The notes under the pieces: generated by a model
What the model saw: the letters and a program-made list of their open reading frames with translations, nothing else
Database searches by the model: none
What the model was told of the DNA's origin: nothing
Program-made: the position numbers and the translations under genes
NCBI RefSeq assembly: GCF_009914755.1
Contig: NC_060925.1
Source of the DNA: the human T2T-CHM13v2.0 reference genome, Homo sapiens
DNA: 64,000 nucleotides
Direction: 5' to 3' (one strand)
Part shown: one piece after another, positions 15,990 to 47,112 of the stretch
Numbering within the stretch: the stretch's first letter is position 1
Layout of the letters: each line of letters begins with the position of its first letter

Positions 15990-16132
15990 ACTACTGGATG
16001 CAGTGGCTTACACCTGTAATCCCAGCAACTCAGGAGGCTGAGGCAGGAGGATTGTTTGAGCCCAGGAGTTCAAGGCTGCAGTGAGCTATGATCGCCCCAC
16101 TGCACTCTAGCCTGGGTGACAAGGTGAGATTC

Positions 16133-16172
<40 letters not shown>
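15990..16172 (+). mobile_element. FRAM-type Alu monomer with (CA)n tail
   Basis: Single right-arm-like monomer followed by (CA)~18. Confidence 0.8.
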
Positions 16173-16175
<3 letters not shown>

Positions 16176-16755
16176 TATACATTTGCATTTTCCCAGTCTT
16201 AATGTGTGTCTAGCTTCCACTGGATATAAGAAAAGGAAAGGGATTTATAAATGATGGAAAATTTCATTGTTGTTTTATAAAAATTTTTAAAGGCATTTTA
16301 CCCTTTATCTCATACTGTTTTGCATCATTTGAATATATTATCTTTTAAAAACTGCTAAATTCAAAATAAAATATTTATTTTTTATAGTATTAGAGGAATT
16401 TTAAAAGGAATAAAACACTCCCTAGACACAATTTTTCTCCCTGTTCCTTTCCAGCTTTTTCTAGACATTTTCCCATAGTATATATATATATGTATGTATG
16501 TGTGTACACACGTTAATACATACATGTTTATTTGTTTTTGCGCCACAATTTTACTTTGATAAGTAGTTTTCATGTTTATGAATAGTCTTGAGGTCACTTT
16601 TAAGTTGAAGCATCTTTAATTCTCTTAGCCATTTCCATATCTCTATTTAGTATGAGCATTATTGTACAGTCATCTTTTTTCTTCTTATGGATTATTTTAT
16701 TGCAGTAAACTCATTCATATGCAATTATTCAAAGATTATGGACATTTTATGGCTT

Positions 16756-17057
16756 CTTTTTTTTTTTTTTTTTGTGGAGACAGAGTTTCCCTCTGTCATC
16801 CAGGCTGGAGCGCAATAGTGCAATTTCTGCTCACTGCAACTTCTGCCTCCTAGGTCCAAGAGATTCTCCTGCCTCAGCCTCCCAAGTAGCTGGGACTATT
16901 GGTATGTACCACCACACCTGGCTAATTTTTGTATTTTTAGTAGAGACAGGGTTTCGCCATGTTGACCAGGCTGGTCTCGAACTCCTGACCTCAGGTGATC
17001 CGCCCACCTCACCTCCCAAAGTGCTGGGATTACAGACGTGAGCCACCACACCTGACC
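16756..17057 (-). mobile_element. AluS-type SINE
   Basis: Full dimer, T tail, TSD atggct. Confidence 0.9.
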
Positions 17058-18162
17058 ATGGCTCTTGATCTGTACTGCCAAATTGATTTCTTGAAGAATA
17101 TGATTACCAACTATAATCTGTGAAGCATGCTGTGCTAGGTTTCAGGGTACTCAAAACAAAATTTAAGATTGAGGGAATAAAAATAAAACCAGCATATTTG
17201 TGTTCATTCTCCTTGTCATCCACACTCTCTAACCATTGAAGGTGCATTCCCTCCTCTTGGTTTCTGTGGCTTTCACCTCCTCTGCTTGTTCCTTACAAGT
17301 TTTTAGGCTTCTGTCTAGGATGATCTGCCTCCTCTTACTTTCCCCTTTCTCCCTGGTTCGTCTTATCCAGTCCCAGTGTTTCTGCTCACGTTCTTCTGTG
17401 TCTGTATCCTCACCACAGACATCTCTGTAGTCAGTCTATAGCCACATTCCCACATGTTGGTCTACCATCCACTTGTCCATTTCCCAAGTCAGAAATCCAG
17501 GTCATGATGATTCCTTTTTCTCCCTTACCTGCCACATCCAATAAATGACAAACCTTATCAATACTGTCTTTTAAATATCTCCAGAGTCCATCATAGTTCT
17601 ATTTATTGTTATTTATTACATGGATTATTACAACAGTCTCTCAAATGGTTTCCCTGCCACATGGCATCCAAATAATATTTCTAAAGCACCTTCTCTCTTT
17701 TGCTTCGGGGTTTTACATATCTTATTTATTAAATCATTTTGGCACACCTTTGCTTGTTCATGTTCTCATCTATACCAACACCCACCTTCCCCAACGTCCA
17801 TACACACATGCAAGTACATACACACTCCTTCCTCCCTTTACATTTGTTTAGCTTGTGCCTACTCATCCATCAGGCCTTGTATTACTTACTACTCATTTCT
17901 CACTAAATTGTAAGCTCATTTCTTATCCTCATTCATCACTAAATTGTAAGCTCCTTGGGGCACAGATCATGTCCTGTTGAAGCCCTAGTGCCTGCCAAAG
18001 TGGCTAGTGCTTATTAAAATCATTATAACCTGTGTCTGCTCAATGCCATACTAAAAGTTGAAAAAGTATAAAACTCATTTAAACTGGCAGTTTGGCTGTA
18101 AATGAAAACCTGTGATGGGTCATCTCCCTGAATGTAAGTAAAAAATGTGACTCATCTGTGGG

Positions 18163-18470
18163 TTTTCTTTTATTTTTTATTTTTTGAGACACAGTCTCAC
18201 TCTGTCACCCAGGCTGGAGTGCAGTGGCACAGTCTTGACTCACTGCAACCTCCACCTCCTGGGCTTAAGTGATTCTCATGTCTCAGCCTCCTGATGAGTA
18301 GCTGGGACTACAGGCATACACCACCACACCTGGCTAATTTTTGTACTTTTAGTAGAGACGGGGTTTCACCATGTTGGCCAGGCTCGTCTCCAGCTCCTGA
18401 CATCAGGTGATCCGCCCATCTCGGCCTTCCAAAGTGCTGGGATTACAGGCATGAACCACCATGCCCGGCC
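18163..18470 (-). mobile_element. AluS-type SINE
   Basis: Full dimer; degenerate TSD gactcatctgt / gacttatgt. Confidence 0.9.
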
Positions 18471-18568
18471 GACTTATGTTTTTAAAGTTTATTTTTAAGA
18501 ATAAGATGACTGTTGTGCTATAGAATTCAGGTTGAAAATCTTGTTTGCAACACTGTCTTGACTTGTAG

Positions 18569-18928
<360 letters not shown>

Positions 18929-18980
18929 TGATTGGCTGTGGATATAAGCATCATTTTAAATACCATCATTCATATATATG

Positions 18981-19150
18981 TTTTTTTTTATTTTTTTAGG
19001 TACATAGTAGATGTGTGTATTTATGGAGTACATGAGATGTTTTAATACAGGTATACAATGCATAAAAACCACATATGGAGAATGGGGCATCCATCCCCTT
19101 AAGCATTTATCCTTTGTATTACAAACAATCCAGGTACACTCTTTGAGTTA
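18981..19150 (-). mobile_element. L1MA-type 3' end fragment
   Basis: ggtacatagtagatgtg...gcatttatcctttgtattacaaacaatcc; TSD tcatata(t/c)at. Confidence 0.75.
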
Positions 19151-20064
19151 TCATATACATTTGTGAGCAATATTATAACCATGGCCTGAATAGTAGCAAA
19201 ATAGCAAGTAAAATCTGAACTAAGTCCATCAGTTGATGCACTTTATTATAAAATGTTCATAAACTCCATCTAAGCTCAGCAGGAAAATTACCGATTGACT
19301 GTTGACATCTGCCCTAGCCAGACAGGATTTGGGGATGGTAGGATGCACCACATTTTCCATTTCTGGTATGTAGCTTACTAGACAGAGTACTTCATTTTAG
19401 TGAGGAAAATACGACAGACATTTTATTATTTTAATTATGGCTTTTGCTATTTTACTAGGGATCTGCCTGTAGGAGAAATAAAAGTAGTGACTATAGCCAC
19501 ATTTTGGTTCTTACACCTCATTTTACAGGTTCTCTCTTACACAAATTAAAATTTCCTTACATACACCTTTCCAGAAATTATTTTGAGATCCACAGAAGGG
19601 AGGCCTTTGTACTCATAAGTAAATAGAAGGCCGATAATATACATTTGAAAAGTGATTCAAGTATACGTTTAGAAAAAGAGTAGCAATAAAGGAAGTTAAA
19701 AAATATATTTGAAAGGATTCAGATACAGAGTTTGAAAACTAGACAAGTCACAGTAAATGGGGAAAATATTTACCTGAAAGGAGATTTAGATACACCTGTG
19801 AAAGGAAAAGGAGTCACTGAATTTGTTCAGAAGACCAAAGGGGAACATGACATCAAATATTTAAGAAGAGATTACTTTTACAGCTCCAGATGGACATTGG
19901 TCAGTGGACATTGGCCAGTGTGGGAGGCTTGAGCAGAAGCTGAACACTGTGATCACAAAGATTATCAAATATTTTCTTAGCCAGTAGTCTTCACTCTATT
20001 GCCACAATAGGAATGAACTTGCCATTGGGACCAGTATTTTATGAAGTTCATTTGTACTTAATGT

Positions 20065-20232
20065 TTATTTTATTAAAATAAAATGTTAAAAATTTTAAAC
20101 AATAAAATATTTAAATAATTAAATAAAATATTTTATTTATATTAAATATATTAAATAAAATATTTTATTTATATTAAATATATTAAATAAAATATGTAAA
20201 TAATAAAATATTTAAAATTTTAAAATATTAAA
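20065..20232. repeat. AT-rich low-complexity tract with a 32-bp tandem unit containing a 20-bp palindrome
   Basis: taaataaaatattttattta at 20120-20139 and 20152-20171. Confidence 0.85.
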
Positions 20233-21140
20233 AGCTGATAAAATTAGGATAGTTAAGGCTAGTTCCAATTTGTTTTATTTTAATTCTTAAGGAATTTGTA
20301 ATTCCTTAAGACGGAAAAGATGTTAGGCATCATCTGGTCTTATGTCTTTAATTTACAGATGAATAAATGAAGACTAAGAAAGGGTAATTGGCTTAATAGA
20401 TCTGTTGACTGAGAAAAAAACAAAAGACCCCTGTGTACTTACCTTGCTCTTTTTTGTGGTTCCTAGTAACCTGATTGAGTGTTTATGCTCTGCAGTAACT
20501 TTCTACCAGGATTATATGGTGGGAAAAAAAATAGAGACTCTTGTTGGCTGCTTGTCTAGTAGCTAGCTGCTTCAACAGTTGACTTTCTTGAAAAATAATT
20601 TGCATTTCTACTCTGGCAGAGTGACTGAACTGGAAAATGTAGATGAGAAGAACTACTGTTCTGGTTTTTCCATCCTTCAAAAGAAGCTAAAACTTTTGGG
20701 CCTTTGTCCTCTTGGTAAAACTGGGGTGCATCTCTTGTATACAGTATCTCTGTTTTGGTATGTTAACCTATAGGCTGTTGATTATTAATTAATTGTTAAA
20801 AGCTGTTATATAATGGTTAAACAAGAAGGTAGAATGGTGATCAAGGCATTCCATGTTGTTTGCAGATGGAAAATGAAGACAGTTAAGGGAAAATTAGGAA
20901 GCATCAACAGTAATGGGAAACATTATTGAGTGCTTATTAAGTGCCAGACATTGTGCTAAGTGCTTGCATGTGTTATCTTTCTAACTCATCACCCCATCCA
21001 GCAGTAATCATTATTATCCATATCTTAAGATGAGGGAATTGAAGTATAGAAGATGAAGTAATCTTTCCAGGATCACCCATTGATAAGCAGTAGATTCAGG
21101 ATTGAAACACAGGCGTGTCTAATTCCAAAGTGAGGGTTCT

Positions 21141-26381
<5,241 letters not shown>

Positions 26382-26746
26382 TCATAATTACATTATAACC
26401 CATTGAAGATTTTTTTTTCCTAGGGATCTTGCAGCTCTAAGAAAAGCATATTGTGTTTAGATTGCCTTTCTAGCTAAACCAAAATAGGAATTGAAGAGTT
26501 AACAGGACTTGAGGGCTTCTGTGTTACTTTAGGGACATAAGCAAGATAAAACTAAAATAATGACATGGGCTTTTTAGAAAGTTGTAGACAGGAGCATACT
26601 GGACCAGGACTAAGGAAACTCTAAGAATATCTTATCTATTGAATTGTATAAGATTGAATTCTTTATCTATTCAGCATACTACTTGTGCCTACCTTTGTAG
26701 AAAATCCAAATGACTATTCTCTTATTTCACTGAAGAAGCCTGATAG

Positions 26747-28214
<1,468 letters not shown>

Positions 28215-28776
28215 AAGTGATGTGTGTGTGTGTGTGTACACAATGTAATACTATTCATCCTTGAAAGAATGTGTTTTATGGGAGTGTGTTTATGGGAGAA
28301 GAATCATCGGGAAATAAAAGAAAGTGATGAGGAAGGCTAGAAACTTAAGGTCTCTTACTAAATTTCCTCTTTCTTTTTGCCAACAGACACCACACAGACA
28401 CACACACACACACACACATTCACACTCTACTTCTTAACATATGGACTCTTTGAACTTCCCATTTTAAATGTGTTTTACCCTAAAATTGTCTGTGCTTCTA
28501 TCATTGATATGAAAAATAAGGTAAGTTGTCTGTGCCTAACTGCTTTTGTTAACATAATTTTATTGTTATTTTCACTCTAATATAACATGTATTATATGAA
28601 CATGTATCAACTATCCATAAATGTAAAAGAGTAGTTTGCTGTAGATAAGCTAACTCCAAAAACATTTACATGTGAATAATCACATTCTGACAATTCCGGT
28701 TCTGACAACTTGAACCCATGTTTTACCAATATTCTTTCCAATTGTCTGTGTTTCTCTTTTAAAATGTTTGCTTTAG

Positions 28777-29139
<363 letters not shown>

Positions 29140-29662
29140 TAAATAGAAAAAGGCATTAAATTACATAATCTTCTGAAAACACTATCTAAAATTTTTAGTA
29201 CTTACTAAACTTCAGTGACCCGAGCCCTAAACCCTGGTTGTCCTGCCCTGTGTATCACTAGACTTATTTATCCCTATTAGATGTATCCATTATTATTGGT
29301 TCAATCAGATCTCAACTGCACCAAGGTACAATTCGTGGGAGAACAAAGTTGTTCTTCCTAATACAACAGCATGAAATAGTTAAGGCAACATCCCCCAAAA
29401 GCTTGTTTAAAAATAATCTATGTAGAACTGCCATACACAGATTCAACTAAATTTTATGGACCACATAAATGTTTAAAATTAACCTCCGTGTAAAATAGTA
29501 CTTCCTCTTAATTATGGTTCAATTCTGTAAATATACATTAAGGACTTAGTTTCTATAAGCCTCTATTGAAGGTTCTAAAATTCAACATTCAATATTCATA
29601 TGCAATCTTGTAGACACACTGAGAGTTTAATGGTAGGCACAAAAATCCTTATCCCCATGGTG

Positions 29663-29876
29663 CAGGGGTCAGCAAACTTTGGCATGTAGGTCAAATTCTG
29701 TCTGCCTTCTGTTTTTATAAATAAAGTTTTATTGGCAGCCATATCTGTCTGTTTATATATTATGACTGCTTTTGTGCTACAGCAACAGATTTGATAGTTG
29801 TGATGAAACCATATGACCCACAAAGTCTAAAATATTTACTACCTGGCCCTTTATGAGAAAAGTTTGCCCACACCTG
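29663..29876. mobile_element. MER58A-type hAT-Charlie MITE
   Basis: TIRs caggggtcagcaaact ... agtttgcccacacctg; typical aaataaagttttattgg core. Confidence 0.8.
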
Positions 29877-30560
29877 GTATAGCAGGATAAAATGATCTTA
29901 TTTGAAAAGTGACATAAACATGGATAAGAAAGGTCCCTACTTTTCAAGAGCTCACAGTCTAGTAGGGGAGATATAGAGGAAAACAAATATCCGTTTATCC
30001 CAAACTTCAAGGAAGGCCTTCTAAGGGAGTTCTCGTATTCCGGGATTATTTGAATAAACCTCTTCCCTGTCCTCACCCTTCATGAGTTTTTGAAGACTGA
30101 TCATATTCCTTCAAGCCTTTGTAGTTTTAAATTAAATTCTAAATCTTTATCACATGTTCTTATAAGACAGTCTTTCACTTTCCCTTCAAGGACATTTCTT
30201 AGATCATTTTAACTCTCCAACTCGGGACATATTCTAACAATACTACATATTTCTTAAGGAACAATGGCCAGAACTACACAGATTATAATGCCTTACATAT
30301 GATTGGTACCCTATAAATATTTATTGGATTAATGAACAGTCTTTCAGGGATGGATAAATGATAGCTTGGTAACAAGAGAAGATTTTTATTTTTCACTGTT
30401 TGTAAAGAGCATGCAGTAAATTTAAAAAAAAAGAGAGAGAGAATTTTTTTTGTCTATTTTAATCTCCATGGTGAGATAAATTATTGGCCATTTAGAAATA
30501 AGACATCAGCCTCTTGATTAGCTCCTTTGGCCAGGCACCTATGAAAGTTATATATGATGA

Positions 30561-30896
<336 letters not shown>

Positions 30897-31126
30897 GTCT
30901 ACTTTATCTCTTACGAACAGCCTCACAACCCTAAAGGGTCAGCACTTTATGGATGAGGAAACTGTTCAAGATTGCAAAGCTAACAAATTATAGAGTCAGA
31001 ACTTGTCAAGTTTGTTTCTCTCTTTCCTTTATAGACATCTTGCCATATTACACCCCTCCTCAATTTGGGTCATTTTGGAACCTCAGCTTTACAAACTTAG
31101 GACTCACTTTTAAAAATCCACTCAAG

Positions 31127-31468
<342 letters not shown>

Positions 31469-31513
31469 CTAGCTAATGTTAGGCATACTTGTGAGACTAA
31501 GAAACAAAAACAC

Positions 31514-31621
31514 ATGCTCACTTTAGCAGCACATATACTAAAACTGGAATGATACAGAGAAGATTAGCATGGCCCCTGTGCAAGGATGACACGCAAATTT
31601 GTGAAGCGTTCCGTATTTTTT
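31514..31621 (+). pseudogene. Full-length U6 snRNA retropseudogene (5' part of a U6-L1 chimera)
   Basis: 9 mismatches to the U6 sequence as I recall it, mostly CpG transitions; ACAGAGA box intact at 31554-31560; ends in a T-run fused directly to L1. The upstream flank is Alu plus TSD, not a PSE/TATA promoter. Confidence 0.96.
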
Positions 31622-32656
31622 AAACTAAAGAGTTTCCGCACAGCAAAAGAAACTATCATCAGAATGAACAGGGAACCTACAGAATGGGAGAAAATTTTTG
31701 CAATCTGTCCATCTGGCAAAGGGCTAATATCCAGAATCTACAAGGAACTTAAACACATTTAGAAGAAAAAAACAACCCCATCAAAAAGTGGGTGAAGGAT
31801 ATGAACAGACGCTTCTCAAAAGAAGACATTTATGCAGCCAGCAAACATATGAAAAAAAGCTCATCATCGCTGGTCATTAGAGAAATGCAAATCAAAACCA
31901 CAATGAGATACCATCTCATGCCAGTTAGAATGGCGATCATTAAAAAGTCAGGAAACAACAGATGCTGGCGAGGATGTGGTGAAATAGGAACGCTTTTACA
32001 CTGTTGGTGGGAGTGTAAACTAGTTCAACCATTGTGGCAGACAGTGTGGCTATTCCTGAGGATCTAGAACCAGAAATACAATTTGACCCAGCAATCCCAT
32101 TACTGGCTATACAGCCAAAGGATTATAAATCATTCTACTATAAAGACACATGCACATGTATGTTTATTGCAGCACTATTCACAATAGCAAAGACTTGGAA
32201 CCAACCCAAATGCCCATCAATGATAGACTGGATAAAGAAAATGTGGCACATATACACCGTGGAATAATATGCAGCCATAAAAAAGAATGAGTTCATGTCC
32301 TTTGCAGGGACATGGATGAAGCTGGAAACCATCATTCTCAGCAAACTAAAACAGGAACAGAAAACCAAACACTGCGTGTTCTCACTCATAAGTGGGAGCT
32401 GAACAATGAGAACACATGGACACAGGGAGCGGAACATTACACACCAGGGCCTGTCAGTGGGTGGGGGACAAGGGGAGGGATAGCATTAGGAGAAATACCC
32501 AATGTAGATGACAGGTTGATGGGTGCAGCAAACTACCGTGGCACATGTATACCTATGTAACAAACCTGCGTGTTCTGCACATGTATCCCAGAACTTAAAG
32601 TATAATTTAAAACTAAAATAAATTAATTATTTAAAAATTTAAAAATAAATAAAAAT
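31622..32656 (+). mobile_element. L1PA (about PA6-8-like) 3' ~1 kb fused to U6
   Basis: ORF2 C-terminal peptide ([53 protein letters not shown]); 3'UTR ending cccagaacttaaagtataat; degenerate A tail. Confidence 0.95.
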
Positions 32657-32658
32657 AG

Positions 32659-32827
<169 letters not shown>

Positions 32828-32889
32828 TTAAAATATCACTTTTTCTTTAAAAAAAAGAAAAAGAAACCAAAATACTAACTTATTGCTTT

Positions 32890-37095
<4,206 letters not shown>

Positions 37096-37848
37096 AGAGA
37101 AATAATAAATACACATATTTCACAGTTTAGAGTAAATATAGTATAGAGTACTGGATTAGAATCAGAAAATCTATATTCAGACCTTGATTCTATCATCTGG
37201 CAACTATTTGAGATTCAGTTTTTTATCTCTAAAATGGGCTAAAATACCAATCCCAGCCACTTCATAGATGTGAAAGCCTAACAAATGTAAAGTAGTAATA
37301 TTAGCATATGCCTCAGCTCTGTATTTCAAATGCAGTAGATATTCTAAAAGCAATTATTGAATATCAACACTTAACTGTTGTTAGGTCTTTCCTATGTGTC
37401 TGGCTCTATTCTTGAGGCTTTAATTGCTTTGTCTCATTTAATGCAGCCTCACAACTATCCTATGAGGTAAGTAGTTATTATCCCCATATTACAGATGAAT
37501 AAACTGATGCTCAAAGTGGTTGAACACAATTAAATTTTAGATTCATTTTATATAATCTGATTGGTTAATATAGAGAAAGCACAGATGAAGGACATTATAG
37601 CTATCATCCCTGTTAATTCAGTTGAAAAGCTTTGAGACCAGGGAATTCTATTTACCATTAAAACAAAGTAAATTCTCTCTCACCACTTTTGTCTATGAGC
37701 CTTCCCTGCCCAGTGTATACATTCACTACGTTCTGATACTTTTTAGAATATCATTCATTTACTTGCTCAGTAAATAATTGTTTAATCACCTACTCTCTGG
37801 TTCTTTGATAGGCCTTGGTATTAAGACATGAATTAAAAACATAGTCTT

Positions 37849-38252
<404 letters not shown>

Positions 38253-39515
38253 TCATGGTATGTTTGATGAAGGAAACAAATGTGGTACAGTGATGAGTAA
38301 GGACATTTCAGATTAAATGATTCTGAAAATTGCCCCCTGCAAAGTGACATTTAAGCTAAGACCTGCAGAATAGGCAGGCAACCATACAATGAGAAGGGAA
38401 AAGGGAAAGCATTTCTGGCAGAGGGAAGTGTGGAAAAAATTTGGTGTATTGGAAACTCTTAATACCAACCAGTGTGACAGGAGTTACAGTGGGAGAAGGA
38501 GAAATAACAAGATAGTTTTAAAGAGATAGACAAGGGCCAGAGTGTACAAAACCAGGCAAGCTGGTGGGATCTGGAGTGAGGGACCACTGAAAGATTCTAA
38601 GCAGGGGTGTCAAGTAGTTCAATTTATGTTTTTAAAAGAAAATTTGGCCACAGCATTAGAGGATAGATTAGAAAAGAGTAAAAATGGAAGTGGTAGGACC
38701 AGTGCAGAGGCAGTTGCTGTAGCCCAGGCTAGAGATGATGCCCCAGACTAGAGTGGTGGCAAAAAAAATGACACAAATGGATTAATGCAAGTTGTATTGT
38801 GGGGATAGAATGACAGCATGTGCTAAATGATTGGAATTGGTTCATAATGGAAAAGGAAGACTCAGGGATTACTGACCTGCACAAAAGTTTGGATGGTGGC
38901 ATTATTTACTGAAATTGGGAAGACAGAGAAAAAAAGACTTTGGAGATACGGGCAGAATCAAGGAGTTTCATTTTGGCAAGTATTGGCATAAAATGGCATT
39001 TCAAATTATAGAAATGGATAGCAAATCATCTACTCTCTAGGCCTAGAAGTGTCCAATAATACTCACATGTTGGGTAGCATTAGAAGAGTCTACAAAGAAG
39101 ACCAAGAAAGAACAGCAGAGAGCTAAGTGAAAACCAGCAAAGTTTGGTGTCACAGAATGCTACTGAGAAGTCACTTGTCCATTGGATTTATTTTGGCAAT
39201 GAAGAGGTCAGTTAGTACCCTTGGCAGAAAGTTTCACTGGAGTAGTGGGGATGAAAGCCAGTTTGGACTAGATTGAAGAAAGGATGGAAAATGTTTAGAC
39301 CATGCATATATAGAAACTCAGGAAAATTCCTTTGTCTAACTGCCATCTGTCTACACTTTGGAAACTCTTACATGGCAGCTCTAAAGAGGTACTCAGCCAT
39401 GTGACATTGGTATTTGTTGGCTTTTAGGGGACTATACTCCTTTGAAAGCTGCTTATTCTAGTTCACATTCATTCCACACTTATTTGTATTACTCTTACTT
39501 ATTCTCTACCTCTAG

Positions 39516-39788
<273 letters not shown>

Positions 39789-40069
39789 TGAGGATTTTAA
39801 GAAATAAATATGATGCAGACTTGATAGAATTCTAAGATTTTTTTTCTCTCCCATGTTTTCTTCTGTTTTGATTTCACCTGTTCCTACAATTTTAGGAATT
39901 CTTGTGTATTTGTAAAAACTTCATGGGCTTAAAAAGGTCAGTTTTATTAAAGCGATAACATGAACTTAAAGAACTGACTGATCCCATGTGGCCTTTGTTT
40001 TATATTTTCACATTTGAGAAGGCGTATTCTCTCATTTGGATTGGCTGTTAATGTAAATGTTGTTTTAAT

Positions 40070-40510
<441 letters not shown>

Positions 40511-40584
40511 TTTTGTAATTTTGTAGGGGGATTTGTGTTGTGAAATGAACCATTTTGAAATATTGTCCCTTCATTTTAGATTGC

Positions 40585-40604
40585 CCGACACTAGGTGGCA
40601 GTAG
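40585..40604 (+). promoter_or_regulatory. Candidate CTCF motif
   Basis: ccgaCACTAGGTGGCAGta matches the CCASYAGRKGGCRS core except for the first C. Motif only; no binding data. Confidence 0.45.
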
Positions 40605-41445
40605 TATGTAACAGTTGTACATTTTGATGTGCAAGTTTGAGAGTTAAATTCGACAAAAAAAATTTCATCAAACCATATAATATGAAGCAAACATCAAAAA
40701 GTAGATGACAGCAATCTGAATTAAACTAAAAAAATCTAATGTTGAGTTAAAGAAACCAGAACAAAAGAGTTCTTACTATACAATTCTATGTATAGTATGA
40801 AGTTCAAGAATAGGTAAAACTAAGCTATGGAAGTAAGATAGTGGTTATTCTTGTGACAGGTATTAACTGAAGGGGGCACTAGGGAATCCTCTGTGGTGCT
40901 GCAAGTATTCTATATCTTGGTCGGGGAAGTAGTTACACAAGTCAGATTTCATTGAGTACACTTAAGACATGTATGTTATTCACCATATGTATATATGTAG
41001 GTTACTTTACCATATGGATGTTATAATTCCATTAAAAAGTAATTGGTAAAATTGGTAAAGATTGGCAAGATTTTAAAACTTAGACAATACTAAATATTAG
41101 TGAGGATTTGGTGCAACAAGAACTCATATATATTAACTTCACTTGGAAGAGTTAACTAGTATAAATGTTTTAAAGATGTGTGCATCATACAACTTAACAC
41201 TTCTACTAGGCATAAGAAAAACTGTTACATGCATGTATGTATCAGGAAACAGGAATATAGTCATGTTCATAATATCATTGTTCCGAATAACAGAAAACTA
41301 GAAACAACCCAAATGTCCCCTGGCAAAAGATCAAAAAAATAAATTGTATATGTATATGGTAGTATTACTGGTAATCTGAGTTCTTTCCCCCACTTTGTAT
41401 CAGTTGCAAAGAAAGAGCATCCAGGCTACTCTGCCTATGGGGTAG

Positions 41446-41781
<336 letters not shown>

Positions 41782-41798
41782 GAATTAACTTATTTTTA

Positions 41799-42447
<649 letters not shown>

Positions 42448-43448
42448 CTCTCATATATTAAAAAGGAACAGCAAGGATGCGATTAACACAAAATTCAGGA
42501 TATTGGTTTTCTCTGGTGGAGAGGGATGAGGGATAATCAAAGAGGGTCACACAATGGGCTTCAAGTATTGGAAATGTTCCCCTTCTTAAATTGTGTGGCA
42601 GGTTCAAAAGTTTGGATGTATCCTTGACAGAGAAGCCAATGAGGTGATGCTTTTGTCTGTGGAATTAGTACTGAATTCCTTAAGTAAGAATTCTCCCTAG
42701 ACAGAACTAAATAGAACAGCTCCAAGGAACTTGAGCTGGCCTCAGATGGCTGGCTGCCTACTACCATTCCCCTTGAATCATTCTGCATCTTCTTCTCTCT
42801 CATGCTGTGTGGGCTATGCAGAGACCTAGGTGCAGGGGCTTGGGATTGATGCAGAAAGCCCCTCTCTTAGAAAACGGGTGACACCCACTGGCATTCACTG
42901 AATATTTGTGGGGAATGTGATGCCAAGCCATTGTAAAAGATTCCTTGTTGGGTCAGAAATATATTAGAGGGATAATAGCTACCCTGCCGAAATCTATTCA
43001 TTCAATAAATATTTATTGAGCACCTACTATGTACGAGGCACAATTTAAGGTGACACAAGAGTTTATAAAAATAAGTAAACAAGTGTAAAGGAAATTTATC
43101 TTTAAAAAATGTGGGGTTTTTTTGCTGCTACATGAAAAAGGCAAGAAAAAAATGTTTTTAAATGACACTTTAAATCTGTCATATAAACTCTAAAATATAA
43201 CAGTCTCTCTTTCAAATTTGTAAATCATATTTTTAGTTCTCCCAGAGCATTAAAAAACCTATTATTGATGCTAAGCAATATGCTAATAGGTGCTTGGTTT
43301 ATAAGAGACTTCTATTTTGTTTTGCAGTGTTATTCATGAATCTAGCCACACTGTGGAGAAACTAGGTGCACTCACAATGCTGTTGGGAGTATAAATTGGT
43401 CTAATACCTGTGGAGGCAGTTTGGCATTATCTATCAAACAAACAAATA

Positions 43449-44011
<563 letters not shown>

Positions 44012-44353
44012 TAAGAGGAGCAGAGATCTCAGTTTCCTGTGGGTTTAGCCATGACTGAGTTAATCAGCAATATCAATTTTTTCTAACAGAATATCAGAGA
44101 GTATTTCTGCTCTGTCCCCACTGAAGTAAACTCAGCCACACACAATTCCTGATGTATTGCACTTACCACACTGTATTCTAATTGTTTATTTTCTAGTTTA
44201 CCTCTGGCGCTAGAGTGTGAGATTTTTAAAGGCAGAGATTATTTCTTCTGGTTCTGGGGCACACCTAGTGGTAACAGTAAATATTCTTGACTGACTTGCC
44301 TATGAAATACTATGGAATTTGCTCTGACATGTAGTCTGACAAAATTCAAACTA

Positions 44354-45773
<1,420 letters not shown>

Positions 45774-46803
45774 AGTGTCCTTATGTCTAAAGTGGGAATT
45801 GTAATGCCAGTTCTATACATCTTTTGTGAAGATTTGCTAAGAAGAAATATGTATGCACTATTTAAACTAAGTGTAGGAAAATAAAATATATAGGGAAATT
45901 CTTCTACCGAAAGGGGACCCTATAGTGTATATTGTTTCATAATCTGGAAGAAAATAACCCTGATTTAAATAGTTAGATTGTAACCTACTTTTTCACTTAA
46001 AATATTACGATCTGTTTATCTGACATTACATTTTTTTCTAGAATATTATTTTAATGATATGTCACATTTTATTTAATAAATCCTTTATTGTTGAACATTT
46101 AGATTTTTCCCAGTTTCTTCTATTTCAGTGACATAATATATATCCTGACACATAATAAGCACTTCTACCAGGAAATAGAATCAGTAGGAATATATATTTA
46201 ATAAAAGCCTTATTACAGGGACTTGGTCTTATGCAATTATGGGAACTGGTTATGCAGTCTGTATGGCGTCATCTTTGCATCTTATGCTAGAGCTTGAAGT
46301 CTGCAGGGCAAACAATCATGAAATGAAGTTGAATGTAAAGTGGAAGAGCAACAAGGTGAAAACCATGAAGATGGACTGGAAGCCATGTCAGTTCTTGCTG
46401 CCTCTAACCTTGATAAAGTGTAGGTATCCTACAGGAAAAACTGGCACCCTTCATCAAGGAGCTAAATAGACATCTGGCCCAGGAGATGGAAAAGGTGAAG
46501 GAGGATTCAAGGGAAGGTGGAGCAGTTGTAGGCCTGGCTGTTGCGTCATGCCAAGGTGAGCAGCAGATATCTAGCAGTGTTTATAAACTATAAAAATGCC
46601 TGCTCCAACCTTCCACCTGGAAAAAACAAAATGTTTCAATTCTGTTCTCTAAATCTTACACAAATATTATCTCCTGTGGCCCACTATAACCAGAAACTTA
46701 CACAGAAGGACTTCTGGGAAACTAGACGAGTCAAAATGTTACAAAGCTACTCTATTAAAAATATATTTGTTAAACTATAGTTAATTTTATTTAGTTTAAA
46801 TTA

Positions 46804-47112
<309 letters not shown>

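Noticed and set aside
31514-31621. Functional U6 snRNA gene
   Set aside because: No upstream PSE/TATA context, 9 substitutions, and fused to L1 within a TSD.
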